From Candidatus Micrarchaeota archaeon (GTDB lineage Archaea > Micrarchaeota > Micrarchaeia > Norongarragalinales > Norongarragalinaceae): 64,000 bases of DNA. How positions within the stretch are numbered: position 1 is the first letter of the stretch; the number at the start of each line of letters is the position of its first letter. The notes under the pieces are model-generated. The model was given only the letters and a program-made list of their open reading frames with translations, had not been told where the DNA came from and ran no database searches. Shown piece by piece: positions 28,529-38,080 of the stretch. The DNA is taken from NCBI GenBank assembly GCA_016207165.1, contig JACQQD010000009.1, positions 106,660 to 170,659 of the forward strand. Direction: 5' to 3'. Position numbers and translations under genes: made by a program.

Positions 28529-29443
28529 ATGGACTCCATTTCAATCCGCGCCCCAGCCACCACCGCCAATTTGGGCGCGGGATTCGACGTATGCGGCATG
28601 GCGTTAAGCGAGCCGTTCGACGAGTTTACGTTTTCCAAGTCGGATGCCTGGCACGCCGCCAACGAGACGGCGTTCATTGCGGCCACCGACGAACAAAAAA
28701 GCGTTTTTGGCTTTGTCTGGAACGCCATGAAACAAGAATTCGGTTTGCCGGGAAGCCTCCAGATTTCCGCGAAGAAAGGCATCCAGCCCTCGGCAGGAAT
28801 GGGTTCGTCGGCCGCCGAGGCTTCCGCCACGGCGTTTGCAGTCAACGAATTGTTCGGCTTGAATCTTGAACGGAGCGAATTGGTTCATTGGGCGGGTTTG
28901 GGGGAAGGCTTTACCGCTGGAAACCCTCATTACGACAACGTAGCTCCTTGCGTGCTGGGCGGATTCACCATCACCTACAACACCAACCCGTTGAAAGTCA
29001 AGCGCTTGGACGCGCCAAAGGATTTGGTCTGCATGCTGGTCGTGTCGGAAGTCACCAAACCGTCGACGGCCTTTGCTCGAAGCGTCCTGCCGGAACAAGT
29101 GCCGCGGAGAGACGCATTGGTGAATTGCCAGTACTTGTCCCGGTTGCTGGTGGGCTTTTACGAGAATGACGTACAGACGATTGTTTCGGGTTTCGGCGAC
29201 GCCATTGTCGAGCCGTCGCGGGCGCGCGCCGGGGGTCTCCCGAATTTTCTGCAGTTCAAGAAACTCGGCGACCAGCATGGGTTTGGAACCGCGTCTTCCG
29301 GAGCAGGACCCACCTTGATCGCGTTTGGAGCTGAAGAAAGTCCGGCGTTTAGCGACGCCGTCCTGGATTCGTTCAGCCGGAAAGGGATTCGCGCCAAAAC
29401 GATTTGGACGAAACCGTCGGCTCTTGGAGTTCACGCATTATGA
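28529..29443 (+). CDS. thrB: Homoserine kinase
   Basis: APATTANLGAGFD, GHMP motif PSAGMGSSAA, HYDNVAP and SGAGPT; start at 28529 or 28520. Confidence 0.95.
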   Translation: MDSISIRAPATTANLGAGFDVCGMALSEPFDEFTFSKSDAWHAANETAFIAATDEQKSVFGFVWNAMKQEFGLPGSLQISAKKGIQPSAGMGSSAAEASATAFAVNELFGLNLERSELVHWAGLGEGFTAGNPHYDNVAPCVLGGFTITYNTNPLKVKRLDAPKDLVCMLVVSEVTKPSTAFARSVLPEQVPRRDALVNCQYLSRLLVGFYENDVQTIVSGFGDAIVEPSRARAGGLPNFLQFKKLGDQHGFGTASSGAGPTLIAFGAEESPAFSDAVLDSFSRKGIRAKTIWTKPSALGVHAL

Positions 29444-30693
29444 AAACGTGGTTGGAATGTTGCCGATGCAAAAAACGTTACGCCACGCGTCGGGAGGACA
29501 CGTCGTGCACGGCATGCGGCCACTTGCTTGAAGTGCAGAGGGATGTGGAGAGCGTCGGCGTTTCACGCGATGAGTTTACGGCGCGCCAATCGAAAAGCGG
29601 GGTTTGGCGATTCAAGGAAGTCGTTCACCCTGATTTGAAGGAGGGGCAGATCGTCACGTTTTTTGAAGGCAATACGCCGCTGTACGAATCCGGGCCCGTC
29701 TCGGATTTTGCCGGGGCAAAAATCTTGCTTAAACACGAGGGCCGAAACCCCACGGGTTCGTTTAAGGATCGGGGCATGACGGTTGGAGTGAGCGAAGCCG
29801 TCCGCCGCAAAGCCAAAGCCGTGATTTGTGCGTCCACAGGCAACACGTCGGCATCGTTGGCGGCCTACGCCGCCCGTGCGGGCTTGCCGTGCGTGGTTTT
29901 GCTTCCCGAAGGCAAGATTTCCTACGGAAAATTGGCTCAAGCCATTTCGCATGGTGCCCGCGTCGTCCAAGTGCAGGGCAACTTTGACAAAGCGCTGGCG
30001 TTGGTGCGTGAACTGGCGAAGTCCGAGGGGTATTACGTATTGAATTCCGTGAACCCGTGGCGGTTGGAGGGCCAGAAAACCATTATTTGGGAGGCCTTGA
30101 TGCAGAACGGCTGGAAAGTTCCAGACTTCATCGTGGCACCCGGCGGAAACCTTGGAAACACCAGTGCGTTTGGGAAAGCTTTGTTGGAAGCCAAAAGAAT
30201 GGGTTGGATTGACCGGTTGCCTCGATTGGTGGTGGTTCAAGCCGAACGATCCGCTCCCCTTCACGCCACGTGGAAGCAAAAATCGGACGAACTCTTGAGA
30301 GTCGCCGACCCTGAAACGGTGGCCACCGCGATTCGAATCGGAGAACCAGTGAACTGGGCCAAGGCACTCAAATACATCGAGCGCACCAATGGCCTTGTCG
30401 AATCGGTGACGGACCAGGAACTCCTGGATGCCAAAGCCCACATTGACGCGTCAGGCATCGGGTGCGAGCCGGCGTCCGCGACATCCGTGGCCGGAGTCCG
30501 GAAACTGGTTCGCGCCGGAGTCATCAAACCGCATGACTCCGTGATGTGCGTCCTCACGGGCCACGGCCTGAAAGACGCGGAAACCACAATGGCCTACCAT
30601 CAAGGCACTCTGGAAGGCATCAAGCCGACTCACGCGAACAAGCCCGTCGTGGTTCGGGCCACGTTAACGGACCTCAAGCGCGCCCTTTCGTGA
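29440..30693 (+). CDS. thrC: Threonine synthase
   Basis: N-terminal CxxC..CxxC, NPTGSFKDRG, ASTGNT, PGGNLGN and EPASA; ATGA overlap with thrB. Confidence 0.96.
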   Translation: MKTWLECCRCKKRYATRREDTSCTACGHLLEVQRDVESVGVSRDEFTARQSKSGVWRFKEVVHPDLKEGQIVTFFEGNTPLYESGPVSDFAGAKILLKHEGRNPTGSFKDRGMTVGVSEAVRRKAKAVICASTGNTSASLAAYAARAGLPCVVLLPEGKISYGKLAQAISHGARVVQVQGNFDKALALVRELAKSEGYYVLNSVNPWRLEGQKTIIWEALMQNGWKVPDFIVAPGGNLGNTSAFGKALLEAKRMGWIDRLPRLVVVQAERSAPLHATWKQKSDELLRVADPETVATAIRIGEPVNWAKALKYIERTNGLVESVTDQELLDAKAHIDASGIGCEPASATSVAGVRKLVRAGVIKPHDSVMCVLTGHGLKDAETTMAYHQGTLEGIKPTHANKPVVVRATLTDLKRALS

Positions 30694-31569
30694 AAAGTAT
30701 TTCGCGGCAAAGCCGAACATGGCTTGCATGGCGATCAGTTGCGCCACGGCGACCACGCCGGCCACGGGATTAAACACGGTGGTCAGGACGGTGAGAGCAA
30801 TGGTGCCGTTTTTCATGTGGACGTCTTCGGCAAACGAAATTCGGTCTTTTCGGTTTCGCCCCAAGTGCAGTCCCACGAAAAACAGAATCAAGGAAATGAC
30901 GAGGAAGGCGGCAACCAGTGCCAGGGCGGTGGCGGCGTGGTCGTAAAAGTAGTCTGCGTTTTGCGCGACTTGCGCGCCAATCAAAAGCAGGAGCAACACG
31001 AGGCTGAGCGCCCGGCGGTACGGCGAAATCGCTTCGGGAACCGGGGTGTGGCGCAAGGCCATCACCACGACAAACGGAATGAGGATGTACAGGGCGACGG
31101 CGTGAAACAAGGCCGTCACGTCGATGACGGAGTTGGCGGACCCCAAAAGCAGGATCAAACCCGGCATGACCAACGGCGACAAGGCGTAGGATACGGTGGT
31201 CATGGAGAATGTTCTGCCGACGTTTCCGTGGTACAAGTCCACCATGGCGTTGGCGGAAACTGACGCCGGAGCAGCACCCACGACGACGAAGCCAATGAAG
31301 AGTTCCGGCGGGAAAAACCAGGCCGCGGCAAGACAGAGTGCGGTGAACAAGCCGTAGTTGGCCGCCACGGCCGCCAAATTCTCTTTTTCCAGGCCATGCC
31401 GAAGGCTTTCAAGCAAGGGACAGGGAAGCAGGCTCAAAATCATGACGAAAATGAGCATGGGGCCCGCGTAAGGAAAAAACGGAAGCAGGACGCCTGGAAA
31501 CGCGAGGCCGATGCCGATGGGCAACAACAGAAACGCCCAGAGGTACTCGTCCAAAAACGCGATGTACAT
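30664..31569 (-). CDS. Bile acid:sodium symporter (BASS) family transporter, paralogue 2
   Basis: About 10 TM segments; GAAPASVSA..GNVG and KNGTIAL motifs. Confidence 0.8.
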   Translation of the reverse strand: MYIAFLDEYLWAFLLLPIGIGLAFPGVLLPFFPYAGPMLIFVMILSLLPCPLLESLRHGLEKENLAAVAANYGLFTALCLAAAWFFPPELFIGFVVVGAAPASVSANAMVDLYHGNVGRTFSMTTVSYALSPLVMPGLILLLGSANSVIDVTALFHAVALYILIPFVVVMALRHTPVPEAISPYRRALSLVLLLLLIGAQVAQNADYFYDHAATALALVAAFLVISLILFFVGLHLGRNRKDRISFAEDVHMKNGTIALTVLTTVFNPVAGVVAVAQLIAMQAMFGFAAKYFSRKGALEVR

Positions 31570-31607
31570 GATCGCGTCAAGGAAGGCGGGAAATAAAAGG
31601 CGGCCGT

Positions 31608-32486
31608 CTAGCGGAAGCGCCGGGCCATGTAGACGAACATGACTTGGCTGGAAATGATGTGGGCCACCGCGACCGCGGCGGCCGCCGGAGTGAACAAGGT
31701 CGTCAAGAGCGTCAACGCGAGGGTGCCGTTTTTGTGGTAGGCCAACTGCGCAAACGCGATTTCATCTTTCTTGTTCTTGGCCAGTTGGGTTCCAAGAAAG
31801 AGCTTGACGAAGGACAACAAGACCAGCACCAAGAGGATGAGGCCGAAAGTAAGCGGTTGGCTGTAAAAAAAGGAGGAACTTTCCGCCACCTGGCCGCTGA
31901 CCAGCACCAAGAGCAACGCCACGCTTAACGGGCGTTTGACGTTGGCCAAAGGCTTTGCCGCCGGAGTTTTTCTCAGGACAATGACCAGCACCAAGGGAAT
32001 GACGATATACAAAATCACGCTTTGGAAAAGCGTTGCCGCGTCAATGGCCACGGACTGGCCGGCCAACACCAACACCAGCACGGGCGTGGCAATGGGAGCC
32101 ACGGCGTAGGCCACGGTGGTAACGGCAAAGGCTTTCCCGGTGTTGCCTTTGAAGACGGAGACCAACGCCGGAGCGGAAATGCCGGAGGGCACCACGCCCA
32201 TGACGACGAATCCAATCAACAATGCCGGGTCGAAGAACTGCGCGGCGGCAAGGGCTAACAACCCGGACACGACGTATTGGATGAAAACAATGCCGGTGGT
32301 TTGCGCGTTCAAGCCGGAACGAAAGCTCTCCACAAGGGGCACGTCCAGCAAACTCAACACCATGACGGCGAACAGAAGGGGGACGGCGTAGGGAGCGAAG
32401 ACCGAAAAATAGGCTGGGAAGAATAGACCCAGGAGGGTGGGCACGATGAGGACCGCCCACAAGTGGCGGTTGAAGAATTCAAGCAT
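31608..32486 (-). CDS. Bile acid:sodium symporter (BASS) family transporter, paralogue 1
   Basis: About 10 TM segments; GVVPSGISA..KGN and KNGTLAL; collinear with the neighbouring gene. Confidence 0.8.
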   Translation of the reverse strand: MLEFFNRHLWAVLIVPTLLGLFFPAYFSVFAPYAVPLLFAVMVLSLLDVPLVESFRSGLNAQTTGIVFIQYVVSGLLALAAAQFFDPALLIGFVVMGVVPSGISAPALVSVFKGNTGKAFAVTTVAYAVAPIATPVLVLVLAGQSVAIDAATLFQSVILYIVIPLVLVIVLRKTPAAKPLANVKRPLSVALLLVLVSGQVAESSSFFYSQPLTFGLILLVLVLLSFVKLFLGTQLAKNKKDEIAFAQLAYHKNGTLALTLLTTLFTPAAAAVAVAHIISSQVMFVYMARRFR

Positions 32487-32542
32487 TTTCCAAGGGGTTT
32501 AAACGGGGTTGGATGTTTTAAAGGATTCTTGGTTCGACAATC

Positions 32543-33580
32543 TCACACCAATCCTTTGTGTTTGAGCAGTTCCGCGTGCAAAATGCCGTTGCCGGCGGCC
32601 CCGCGGATGGTGTTGTGGGAGAGAAGCGTGAACTTGACGCGCCGGGGGCCATCCTCGCGGAGCCGTCCGATGGTCGTCGTCATGCCGTTGCCCGCCATGA
32701 CGTCGAGGCGGTGTTGCGGCCGGTTTTCTTGTTCCAGGTATTGGATCGGTTTTTGGGCGGAGGGCAGTTTGGGGTGGTGCATGTGATCGAAAGTAGCCCA
32801 ATCCTTTTTGATTTGGTTCACGGATACCTCGGATTGAAATTCCACGAACACGTTTTCCATGTGGCCTTCTACAACAGGCACCCGGTTGCAGGACGCGGAG
32901 ACCTCGATGCCAGCGGTTTGGATGGAGTCGCCGTTCAACGTGCCTAGCAACTTGACGCACTCGGTTTGGACTTTTTCTTCCTCTCCCGCAATAAAGGGGA
33001 CGACGTTGCCCAACGCGTCCAGGGAGGCGACGCCCGGATATCCCGCTCCTGAAAGTCCTTGCAGGGTGGCCACGTGCACGCGCTGGACGTCGTATTTCAT
33101 CAAGGGCTTCAACGCCATGGCCAACGGCACAGTTGAACAATTGGGGTCCGTGGAAATGAAGCCCGCCCAACCGCGTCTTTCTTGCTGGACGCCGATGAGG
33201 GCAAGGTGTCCGGGGTTGACTTCAGGTACGATGAGAGGCACGTCATCCTCCATGCGGTGGGCGGACGCTTTGGAAACGATTTTCAGCCCTTTCTGGGCGA
33301 GCTTGGCTTCCAGGGGCCCGGCCAGGTTCCCCGGCAACGCGGAGAAAACCAAGTCGACGTCCCGGATTTTTTCCGGAGAACATTCAACCACGGGCAAGTC
33401 CTTTAGGGCATCCGGCATGGGGGAATCCAAAAGCCAGTGGCATGCTTCCGCGTAGGGTTTGCCCGCCGAGCGTTCGGAGGCCCCAAGCAAAGTCACTTCA
33501 AACCATGGGTGGGTCTCCAGCAATTGCACAAACCGCTGGCCGACAAATCCGGTTGCCCCCAACACCGCGGTTTTGATCAT
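32543..33580 (-). CDS. asd: Aspartate-semialdehyde dehydrogenase (archaeal/fungal type)
   Basis: LGATGFVGQRF, PNCST catalytic Cys, QGLSGAGYPG and SHNTIRGAAG; start ATG 33580 or GTG 33592. Confidence 0.96.
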   Translation of the reverse strand: MIKTAVLGATGFVGQRFVQLLETHPWFEVTLLGASERSAGKPYAEACHWLLDSPMPDALKDLPVVECSPEKIRDVDLVFSALPGNLAGPLEAKLAQKGLKIVSKASAHRMEDDVPLIVPEVNPGHLALIGVQQERRGWAGFISTDPNCSTVPLAMALKPLMKYDVQRVHVATLQGLSGAGYPGVASLDALGNVVPFIAGEEEKVQTECVKLLGTLNGDSIQTAGIEVSASCNRVPVVEGHMENVFVEFQSEVSVNQIKKDWATFDHMHHPKLPSAQKPIQYLEQENRPQHRLDVMAGNGMTTTIGRLREDGPRRVKFTLLSHNTIRGAAGNGILHAELLKHKGLV

Positions 33581-33661
33581 GCTTTCTGCCACGAAGAGGC
33601 GCGATGACGCCGAACGTTTCTTACGTTATTGGGTCTTGACTGTACTTTAATGGACGGGGTC

Positions 33662-35047
33662 CTATGCAAGGGAAGCTTCCCCCTCAATGAATTCGGCGTG
33701 AACGGATTTCAGCGCCTTGTCGACGTCGGACTTGGATATGGCGACGGTGATGTTGATTTCCGAGGCGCCTTGGGAAATCATGCGGATGTTGACCTTGGAT
33801 TGCGCCAGGCAGGAAAACAGCCGGGCGGACACGCCGATGGTGTGCCGCATGCCTTCGCCGACCAACCCCAGCAAGGAAACGTCTTTTTCGATGGCGACAT
33901 CGGAAACCGGAATGCGGGCGTGGCCCAAGGCGCGTTGAAGCTCGTGTAAGTACTTTTCTTCCAGGCACAACGATAAATCGGATTGCGACGTGGAAATGGC
34001 GTCAATGGGCAAATCGTGTTTTTGCAGTTCCTCAAACAAGGGGTAGGCAATGCTGGATACATCCAAGAGTGATCCGCCGTGAAGAGTCACGATGCACGCG
34101 TTTTTCTTGACGGCCACGGATTTGGCCACGCTTTTGGCTTGGTGGCCGTTGCCGGAAATCACGGTACCTGTTTTTTGCGGGTCAAAAACGCTTTTGATTT
34201 CCACGGCAATGCCTTTCTCTTGAAGCGGAGCCATGGTTTTGGGGTGGAGGATTTTGGCGCCGAAAAACCCGAGTTCCTCGGCTTCCTTGTAGGTCAAGGA
34301 AGGAATCAGGCGCGCGTTCGGCACGGTTTTGGGGTCGGCGGACATGAATCCTTCCACATCTTTCCACACCAAAAGTTTTTTTGCGTCCAAGGCGTTGGCG
34401 ACCACGCCCGCCGAGTAATCCGATCCGCCGCGTCCCAACGTCAGCACGTGGCCGTCGGCGTTTTTGCCGAAATAGCCGGTCAGAACGACGAGGCCTTCCT
34501 GCACGTCGGGCCGAATGGTTTTCTGGAAATTCTGGGCGGTTTGCGTCAAGTCAACGGTGCCGTTGCTGAAGCGGCCTTCCACGATGAGTCCCGCGTCGTC
34601 GGACATCCACGCCTTGGATCGCACGCCACGGTCCTTGAGGTACGCATCCAGAATCACGGCGGAAAGCCGTTCGCCGAAGCTGTGGACCAACTCGACGGTG
34701 CGCGGCGTGAGCTCCTGGAGAAGGAAAGCGCCGAAAAGCACTTTGTTCAAACGGGAGACCAGCTCCAAGACGCGCTTGGATGCCTCTTTTTGTATGGTGG
34801 AATCGGAGACGTCTTCCAATGCGTGCAAGTGGTCTTCCAAGAGTTTTTGGCTAAACGCGTCCACGTCCCCGCTGTTTGGGGAGAGGTTGGCCAGGATGCC
34901 AGCGAGTTGGTCGGTGACGCCAAACTTTGCGGACACCACGACGACGTTTCCAGGCCCAAATCCATTCAAAATGGTGGCGGCACGCTGGTAGTCCTGCGCG
35001 GTTTTCAGGATGCCGCCGCCGAATTTGTGGACGGTGACGTCAGCCAT
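33662..35047 (-). CDS. lysC: Aspartate kinase with two ACT domains
   Basis: HKFGG, SFGERLS, TLGRGGSDYSA, DVEGFMSADP, GAKILHP and ISQGASEINI. Confidence 0.95.
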   Translation of the reverse strand: MADVTVHKFGGGILKTAQDYQRAATILNGFGPGNVVVVSAKFGVTDQLAGILANLSPNSGDVDAFSQKLLEDHLHALEDVSDSTIQKEASKRVLELVSRLNKVLFGAFLLQELTPRTVELVHSFGERLSAVILDAYLKDRGVRSKAWMSDDAGLIVEGRFSNGTVDLTQTAQNFQKTIRPDVQEGLVVLTGYFGKNADGHVLTLGRGGSDYSAGVVANALDAKKLLVWKDVEGFMSADPKTVPNARLIPSLTYKEAEELGFFGAKILHPKTMAPLQEKGIAVEIKSVFDPQKTGTVISGNGHQAKSVAKSVAVKKNACIVTLHGGSLLDVSSIAYPLFEELQKHDLPIDAISTSQSDLSLCLEEKYLHELQRALGHARIPVSDVAIEKDVSLLGLVGEGMRHTIGVSARLFSCLAQSKVNIRMISQGASEINITVAISKSDVDKALKSVHAEFIEGEASLA

Positions 35048-36008
35048 GCAATTCCCACAAGTCGTTGAGCACGGAGGAAGCCGTCGGCAAGCCCCCAGCG
35101 CCCCGACCCTTGACCGTCACCGCGTCAGCGTGCCGCGTGTAAAACGTCAACGCGTTCCAGGCATCGCCGATGTTGGCCAACGCATGGGTCTTCGGAATTT
35201 GCTGGGGCTTCACGGAAAGCGTGGACTCGTCCACGGTGGCAATCAATTTGAAGCATTCGCCTCGCTTGGAAGCCGCCGAAATGTCCTCCACCGTGATTTC
35301 GGTGATGCCTTGGGGCATGTGGTCGGCGTATCGAGTGTCTTGGTTGAACAAGGCGTTCGCCAAAATCACGGCTTTGCCCAAGGCGTCAAAACCTTGCACG
35401 TCGTTGGCGGGGTCGCTTTCCGCATACCCTTTTTGCTGGGCTTCCAAAAGCGCTTCGGCATAGGTTTTACCGGACTCCATTTGCGTCAGCATGTAGTTGG
35501 TGGTTCCGTTGAGAATGCCTTCCGCGGAAACGATTTCCGCGCCCTTGAGGCAGTGGCGGGCGAAAGAGAAAACGGGTGTGCCGCCGGCCACCGTGGCTTC
35601 AAAAAGCAAGCGCACGCCGTTTTCCTCGGCGGCCGACGTCACGTCCCCGTAATGCAGCGCCAAAGGACCCTTGTTGGCGGTGACCACGTGCTTTTTGCGT
35701 TCAAAGGCGGTCCGCCAATAGGTAGTGGAAGGCTGCGCGTCCGAAAAATTCGTGGGCGTGAGGTCTACCAACACGTCGTATTCAAGGTTTTGAACGGCGT
35801 CCAAGGGGTCCATGGCGGCAAACGCGCGGCTGTGGCTTAAATGCCGGTTGTCGGTTTCCGCCAACAGCTCATCGAGAACGGGGTTCAAGACCGCTCCGTT
35901 GCGGGTGCAAATGGCGGCCGCCTCGATGGCGTCCGGCAGGATGCCAGCCAAGGCTTTTCCAACGTGACCGAAACCCAACACCAGCGCCTTCATCGCCTTG
36001 AACACCAC
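35040..36008 (-). CDS. hom: Homoserine dehydrogenase (no ACT domain)
   Basis: LGFGHVG, VVTANKGPLA, FEATVAGGTP, GILNGTTNY and GRGAGG; start 36008 (GTG) or 35993. Confidence 0.95.
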   Translation of the reverse strand: MVFKAMKALVLGFGHVGKALAGILPDAIEAAAICTRNGAVLNPVLDELLAETDNRHLSHSRAFAAMDPLDAVQNLEYDVLVDLTPTNFSDAQPSTTYWRTAFERKKHVVTANKGPLALHYGDVTSAAEENGVRLLFEATVAGGTPVFSFARHCLKGAEIVSAEGILNGTTNYMLTQMESGKTYAEALLEAQQKGYAESDPANDVQGFDALGKAVILANALFNQDTRYADHMPQGITEITVEDISAASKRGECFKLIATVDESTLSVKPQQIPKTHALANIGDAWNALTFYTRHADAVTVKGRGAGGLPTASSVLNDLWELHG

Positions 36009-36059
36009 CGTCTTTTAAATCCGTGCGAATTATAGCCTTTAAAGGTGAGTGCAACGCGT

Positions 36060-37703
36060 ATGGACGTAAAACTTTTGGGTTTGTTCTTGATTGGCGCATT
36101 GTTCATTGCCGGGTGCGTTACGACCCCCGATGGCCGACCGGCTCCGGAGGGCGTGCAAGTCACAAGCTCGCCCGCGTCACCGACGCCCAGCGGTTCAAGC
36201 AACGGCAACGCCCAAGTGCAGACCCGAAGCGCCCTGCGGGTTCCCCTGAACAACGACGGATCCCCCACGTTGGCGCAAAGCACGGTTCAAGTCCAGGGAC
36301 AAGCCTTGGTGGAGTTCCGCGACGAGCAAAACGGGTACCGCATCATGAAGCCCGGCGGCTGGCAAGCCGACATTTACGAGGACGCGTATTTGCTGGTCAG
36401 CCGGGACGCGGACACGGACGTCTTGGTTTGGCCCATCAAACTCCAGGGCCAATACAAGAGCATGACGGGCGAGGGCTTGGGCAACTACTTGATTGGTTTG
36501 ATCAAGCAGCAGTTCACCGACTTCACTCCGGAAAGCATCAGCGTCTCGCCGGACAAGTCCAGCATGCAAGTCATCGCGACGGTGAGCGTGGAAGGCACGA
36601 AACTGAAAGTCCAAATGAGCACGTTTGTGGACGAAAACGGAAACGGCATTCTGTCCGGGTATGAAGCCCGCGAAGAAGAATTCATCGCATTGGAGCCTTT
36701 GTTGCGCAGCATTGCCACTTCGTATCAACCCATCGTTACGTCGGCCACAAAAGCCGCTGTCGGTCCGGCGCCCACTCAACCCAGTGGGTTCGGCGGTGTC
36801 ACCGGAGTCCAACTGGTTCCATTTACTTCCGGAGACGGTGCATTTTCGTTCCAGTCGCCGGCTGGCTGGAAAGTGGAATCCCTGGGGCAATGCTCCACGA
36901 AATCCATGGCGGCCTACGACCCCCAAAACCCGGTTCGCCGCGTGTTTGCCATCGCATCCAACACGTACTCGTTGCCCGTTGACGGCGCCACGGCGGAAGG
37001 GGTGGCCACCGGAGGCCTGCCCGCCTTATCCCAATACGTGCCCGCTTTTGGAACAATGACCAACGTTCAAGTCACAGCAGGCACGAGGCAAGCCTATCCG
37101 GCCACGCAGGGAGTGCCGGGGATTGTCGACGCGGCCGTGTTTGAAGTCACCATGACCATCGATGGAAAGCCGGCCCGCGGACGCGTGGGCACGTACTTGC
37201 TGGATCCTTCAGGCGGATACTTCGGGTCAAGCGGGGTATACTATTTGAGTTTGGCTGGCTCGTTTGCCGAACCCGAGGCCTTTGATTCCCTCATTGGCGT
37301 GGTTGACCCCTTGGAATCGCGTGGACCACTTGGGAAATCCGTGGGCACGTTTGAAATCAGCCAATCGTATGCCAACGCGTGCACGGCGTCCGGCCAAGCC
37401 GACATTTCGGCGCGAACCGGCGACATTTCCCGCACGCTTTCGGAAACCTCGGACATCATCACCGGAGGATACAACGAGCGTTCGCAGGTAACGGACCGCG
37501 TGGCGCAAAAGTGGTCGGACACCACGCTGGGCGTGGACCGCGTGTACAACCCGGACCGCGACGAAGTCTACCAGGTGCCCAACAACTTCTACGACGCGTA
37601 CGACATCAACCGGCAGAAATTCGAGCAGCAAAACCTCCAGCCGCTCACCCCAGAGCAGTGGAACACGTACGCGCCCCTGGACGGGGCCCTGAACATTCGT
37701 TAA
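36060..37703 (+). CDS. Large putative lipoprotein with two PsbP/DcrB-like repeats
   Basis: MDVKLLGLFLIGALFIAGC lipobox, a Ser/Pro/Thr linker, and repeated GYRIMKPGGWQ / AFSFQSPAGWK motifs. Confidence 0.75.
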   Translation: MDVKLLGLFLIGALFIAGCVTTPDGRPAPEGVQVTSSPASPTPSGSSNGNAQVQTRSALRVPLNNDGSPTLAQSTVQVQGQALVEFRDEQNGYRIMKPGGWQADIYEDAYLLVSRDADTDVLVWPIKLQGQYKSMTGEGLGNYLIGLIKQQFTDFTPESISVSPDKSSMQVIATVSVEGTKLKVQMSTFVDENGNGILSGYEAREEEFIALEPLLRSIATSYQPIVTSATKAAVGPAPTQPSGFGGVTGVQLVPFTSGDGAFSFQSPAGWKVESLGQCSTKSMAAYDPQNPVRRVFAIASNTYSLPVDGATAEGVATGGLPALSQYVPAFGTMTNVQVTAGTRQAYPATQGVPGIVDAAVFEVTMTIDGKPARGRVGTYLLDPSGGYFGSSGVYYLSLAGSFAEPEAFDSLIGVVDPLESRGPLGKSVGTFEISQSYANACTASGQADISARTGDISRTLSETSDIITGGYNERSQVTDRVAQKWSDTTLGVDRVYNPDRDEVYQVPNNFYDAYDINRQKFEQQNLQPLTPEQWNTYAPLDGALNIR

Positions 37704-37733
37704 GGCGTCGTGTGAAGCAAAATGGGTTGGCCA

Positions 37734-38075
37734 ATGGTTAGTAATGAAAAGAGATCTGCTGGTCAGAACTTCGATGCCGAATTAAAGCTCCTTCGATACC
37801 TTGCCGAGAATTCCACTACACAACTCACTGAAGAGTTAATTTACGCTCATTGCGACAACCGAGCGGATGTAGAAGAGCTGATAATTCGGGGACTAATCAT
37901 CGAGAAACCGGTACGGTACGATGATAAAGTAAAAAAGTACTACAAAATCAGTTCAGAAGGATATCGATTCGTAAAAGAAGAAGAGAACCGCGAACAAAAT
38001 AAACGCATACTCATTATCGCAGGACTCACACTGCTTGTTTCAATTCTTGGATTGATTGTTGCCGCGCTTAAGTAA
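37734..38075 (+). CDS. AT-rich hypothetical protein, winged-helix-like with C-terminal TM helix
   Basis: VEELIIRGLI..YYKISSEG pattern and hydrophobic tail ILIIAGLTLLVSILGLIVAAL; visibly lower GC than its flanks. Confidence 0.6.
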   Translation: MVSNEKRSAGQNFDAELKLLRYLAENSTTQLTEELIYAHCDNRADVEELIIRGLIIEKPVRYDDKVKKYYKISSEGYRFVKEEENREQNKRILIIAGLTLLVSILGLIVAALK

Positions 38076-38080
38076 CAAGT

